In this document: one piece after another, positions 56,998 through 58,098 of the stretch | Layout: the number at the start of each line of letters is the position of its first letter | Numbering within the stretch: position 1 is the stretch's first letter | Translations under genes and position numbers: made by a program | Assembly: GCA_050633065.1 (NCBI GenBank) | Contig: JBOEFV010000036.1 | Span: forward strand, 1 to 58,098 | Origin: Bdellovibrionales bacterium | Lineage (GTDB): Bacteria > Bdellovibrionota > Bdellovibrionia > Bdellovibrionales > UBA1609 | Direction: 5' to 3' | Length of the DNA stretch: 58,098 nt | The notes under the pieces: model-generated | The model's database searches: none | Seen by the model: the letters and a program-made list of their open reading frames with translations, nothing else | Told to the model about the DNA's origin: nothing

Positions 56998-58098
56998 TTA
57001 AACGTCCAATTCTCCGACTAATAGTGCATTTTCTGTGATAAATTTCTTTCTTGGTTCAACGCTTTCACCCATAAGTGTACTGAATGTTTCATCAGCTTCC
57101 ATAGCGTCATTGATGCTCACCTGAAGAAGTCTTCTGTTCTCAGGATTAAGTGTAGTTTCCCAAAGTTGTTCTGGGTTCATCTCACCAAGACCCTTATAGC
57201 GCTGAATAGTCAGCCCCTTTTTAGAATACTCCATCACTGAATCATAAAGCTCAAACATGTTCTCTAAAATAAAGTCATCTTTTTCACCTTGAAGCTTATT
57301 TGGGAAAGAAATAAAAGAATGAACCTCATCCCAAATCTCTTTTAACGTTAACCAGTCTTTTGATTCAAAAAACAACTTCCCTAAAGACTGAGTCTTCTTA
57401 ATTCCAAAAGCATTGATGTGGAAATTAACTTTATCCTCAGAGTAATCCACATCTTCTAAGAAACCTTTTGAGTTTTTGTTCGCTTTCCACTCAGCTTCAA
57501 CAAAGTCTTTAATCTTACTTGTGTCTTCAAGGTTACTTATAAGATTGGGATTCTTTAAAAAGTTAATCAAAATATTTTCATTAGCTTTTTCGTTTAACTT
57601 TTTTTTGATTTGAGTGAAGCTTCTTATTTTGAATAATAAATCTTTTAAACCATCACTTCCTAAAGTTTTTAAAGTCTTCTCAAAACTTAGATTGTTTACA
57701 GCCGTATCAAGTAAGAATTCAAAAAGATGGTTTTCATCTTTAATGTAACTTTCTTTCTTTCCTCTTTTAATTTTATATAGTGGCGGTTGAGCAATATAAA
57801 TATACCCTCTTTTAACCACTTCAAGCATTTGTCTATAAAAAAATGTTAAAATTAATGTTCTAATATGTGATCCATCCACGTCGGCATCGGTCATAATTAT
57901 AACTTTATGATATCTAATTTTATTAGCATCAACTGAGTCTTTTCCTATCCCTGTTCCAAGTGCTGAGATCATCATTTTAATCTCGTCATTTCCAAGCATC
58001 TTATCAAAACGGGCTTTCTCAACGTTTAAGATCTTACCTTTTAAGGGGAGTACTGCTTGGTACTTTCTATCTCTTGCTTGTTTTGCTGAACCACCCGC
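56998..58098 (-). CDS. gyrB: DNA gyrase subunit B, C-terminal part; 5' end lies outside the window
   Basis: The frame stays open to nt 58098 ([29 protein letters not shown], the TOPRIM region). [14 protein letters not shown] and [15 protein letters not shown] blocks are present. Confidence 0.95.
   Translation of the reverse strand, partial: AGGSAKQARDRKYQAVLPLKGKILNVEKARFDKMLGNDEIKMMISALGTGIGKDSVDANKIRYHKVIIMTDADVDGSHIRTLILTFFYRQMLEVVKRGYIYIAQPPLYKIKRGKKESYIKDENHLFEFLLDTAVNNLSFEKTLKTLGSDGLKDLLFKIRSFTQIKKKLNEKANENILINFLKNPNLISNLEDTSKIKDFVEAEWKANKNSKGFLEDVDYSEDKVNFHINAFGIKKTQSLGKLFFESKDWLTLKEIWDEVHSFISFPNKLQGEKDDFILENMFELYDSVMEYSKKGLTIQRYKGLGEMNPEQLWETTLNPENRRLLQVSINDAMEADETFSTLMGESVEPRKKFITENALLVGELDV

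Noticed and set aside
1-58098. Window-wide search for CRISPR arrays, IS elements, prophage genes, integrases, toxin-antitoxin pairs, known defence systems (RM, CBASS, retron, Gabija-type ATPase/nuclease pairs), rRNA and tRNA.
   Set aside because: I recognised no repeat-spacer periodicity, no transposase, integrase, nuclease or reverse-transcriptase motifs in any ORF, and no non-coding gap larger than about 260 nt. Long-range nucleotide repeats could not be computed by eye, so they are not excluded.

Overview
This is an AT-rich window (roughly 35-40% GC by eye). It is very compact: about 57 protein genes, well over 90% coding, with many 1-30 nt gene overlaps. I saw no rRNA, tRNA, CRISPR array, transposase, integrase or recognisable defence gene. 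The content looks like core chromosome of a diderm, respiratory bacterium. The style is Bdellovibrio-like or deltaproteobacterial, but that is a guess only, since no search was possible.

Housekeeping blocks:
- pepA (5' end cut by the window)
- tig
- metG-SpoU-trmO
- ftsK, an lptM-like gene, then dapA-dapB-tal
- queE-fis-dnaB
- rpsF-rplI
- sdhCAB (cytochrome b558 type)
- etfBA
- three SurA/parvulin paralogs, then pdxA and a phosphomannomutase
- an S8 protease
- atpI-like/atpB/atpE
- gyrA and gyrB (gyrB cut by the window end)

Between these blocks lie tightly coupled operons of poorly characterised envelope proteins. These are the best candidates for undescribed biology:
1. 33456-39622: a seven-gene operon built around a membrane-embedded spermidine-synthase-like enzyme. 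It is divergent from an orphan pair of large Cys-rich type IV pilin-like paralogs at 31496-33396.
2. 13309-16662: a VTC/DUF4956 polyphosphate-type module with a HlyD-type adaptor and a TolC-like protein inserted between them.
3. 2814-6453: a split ArsA-type ATPase pair, a CysZ/EI24-like membrane protein and a GshA-type ligase.
4. 9139-10116: a stand-alone DUF2156 (MprF C-terminal-like aminoacyl-tRNA transferase) gene coupled to metG and two tRNA/rRNA methyltransferases.

All family calls come from motifs read in the supplied translations and from memory of those families. None has been confirmed by a search.
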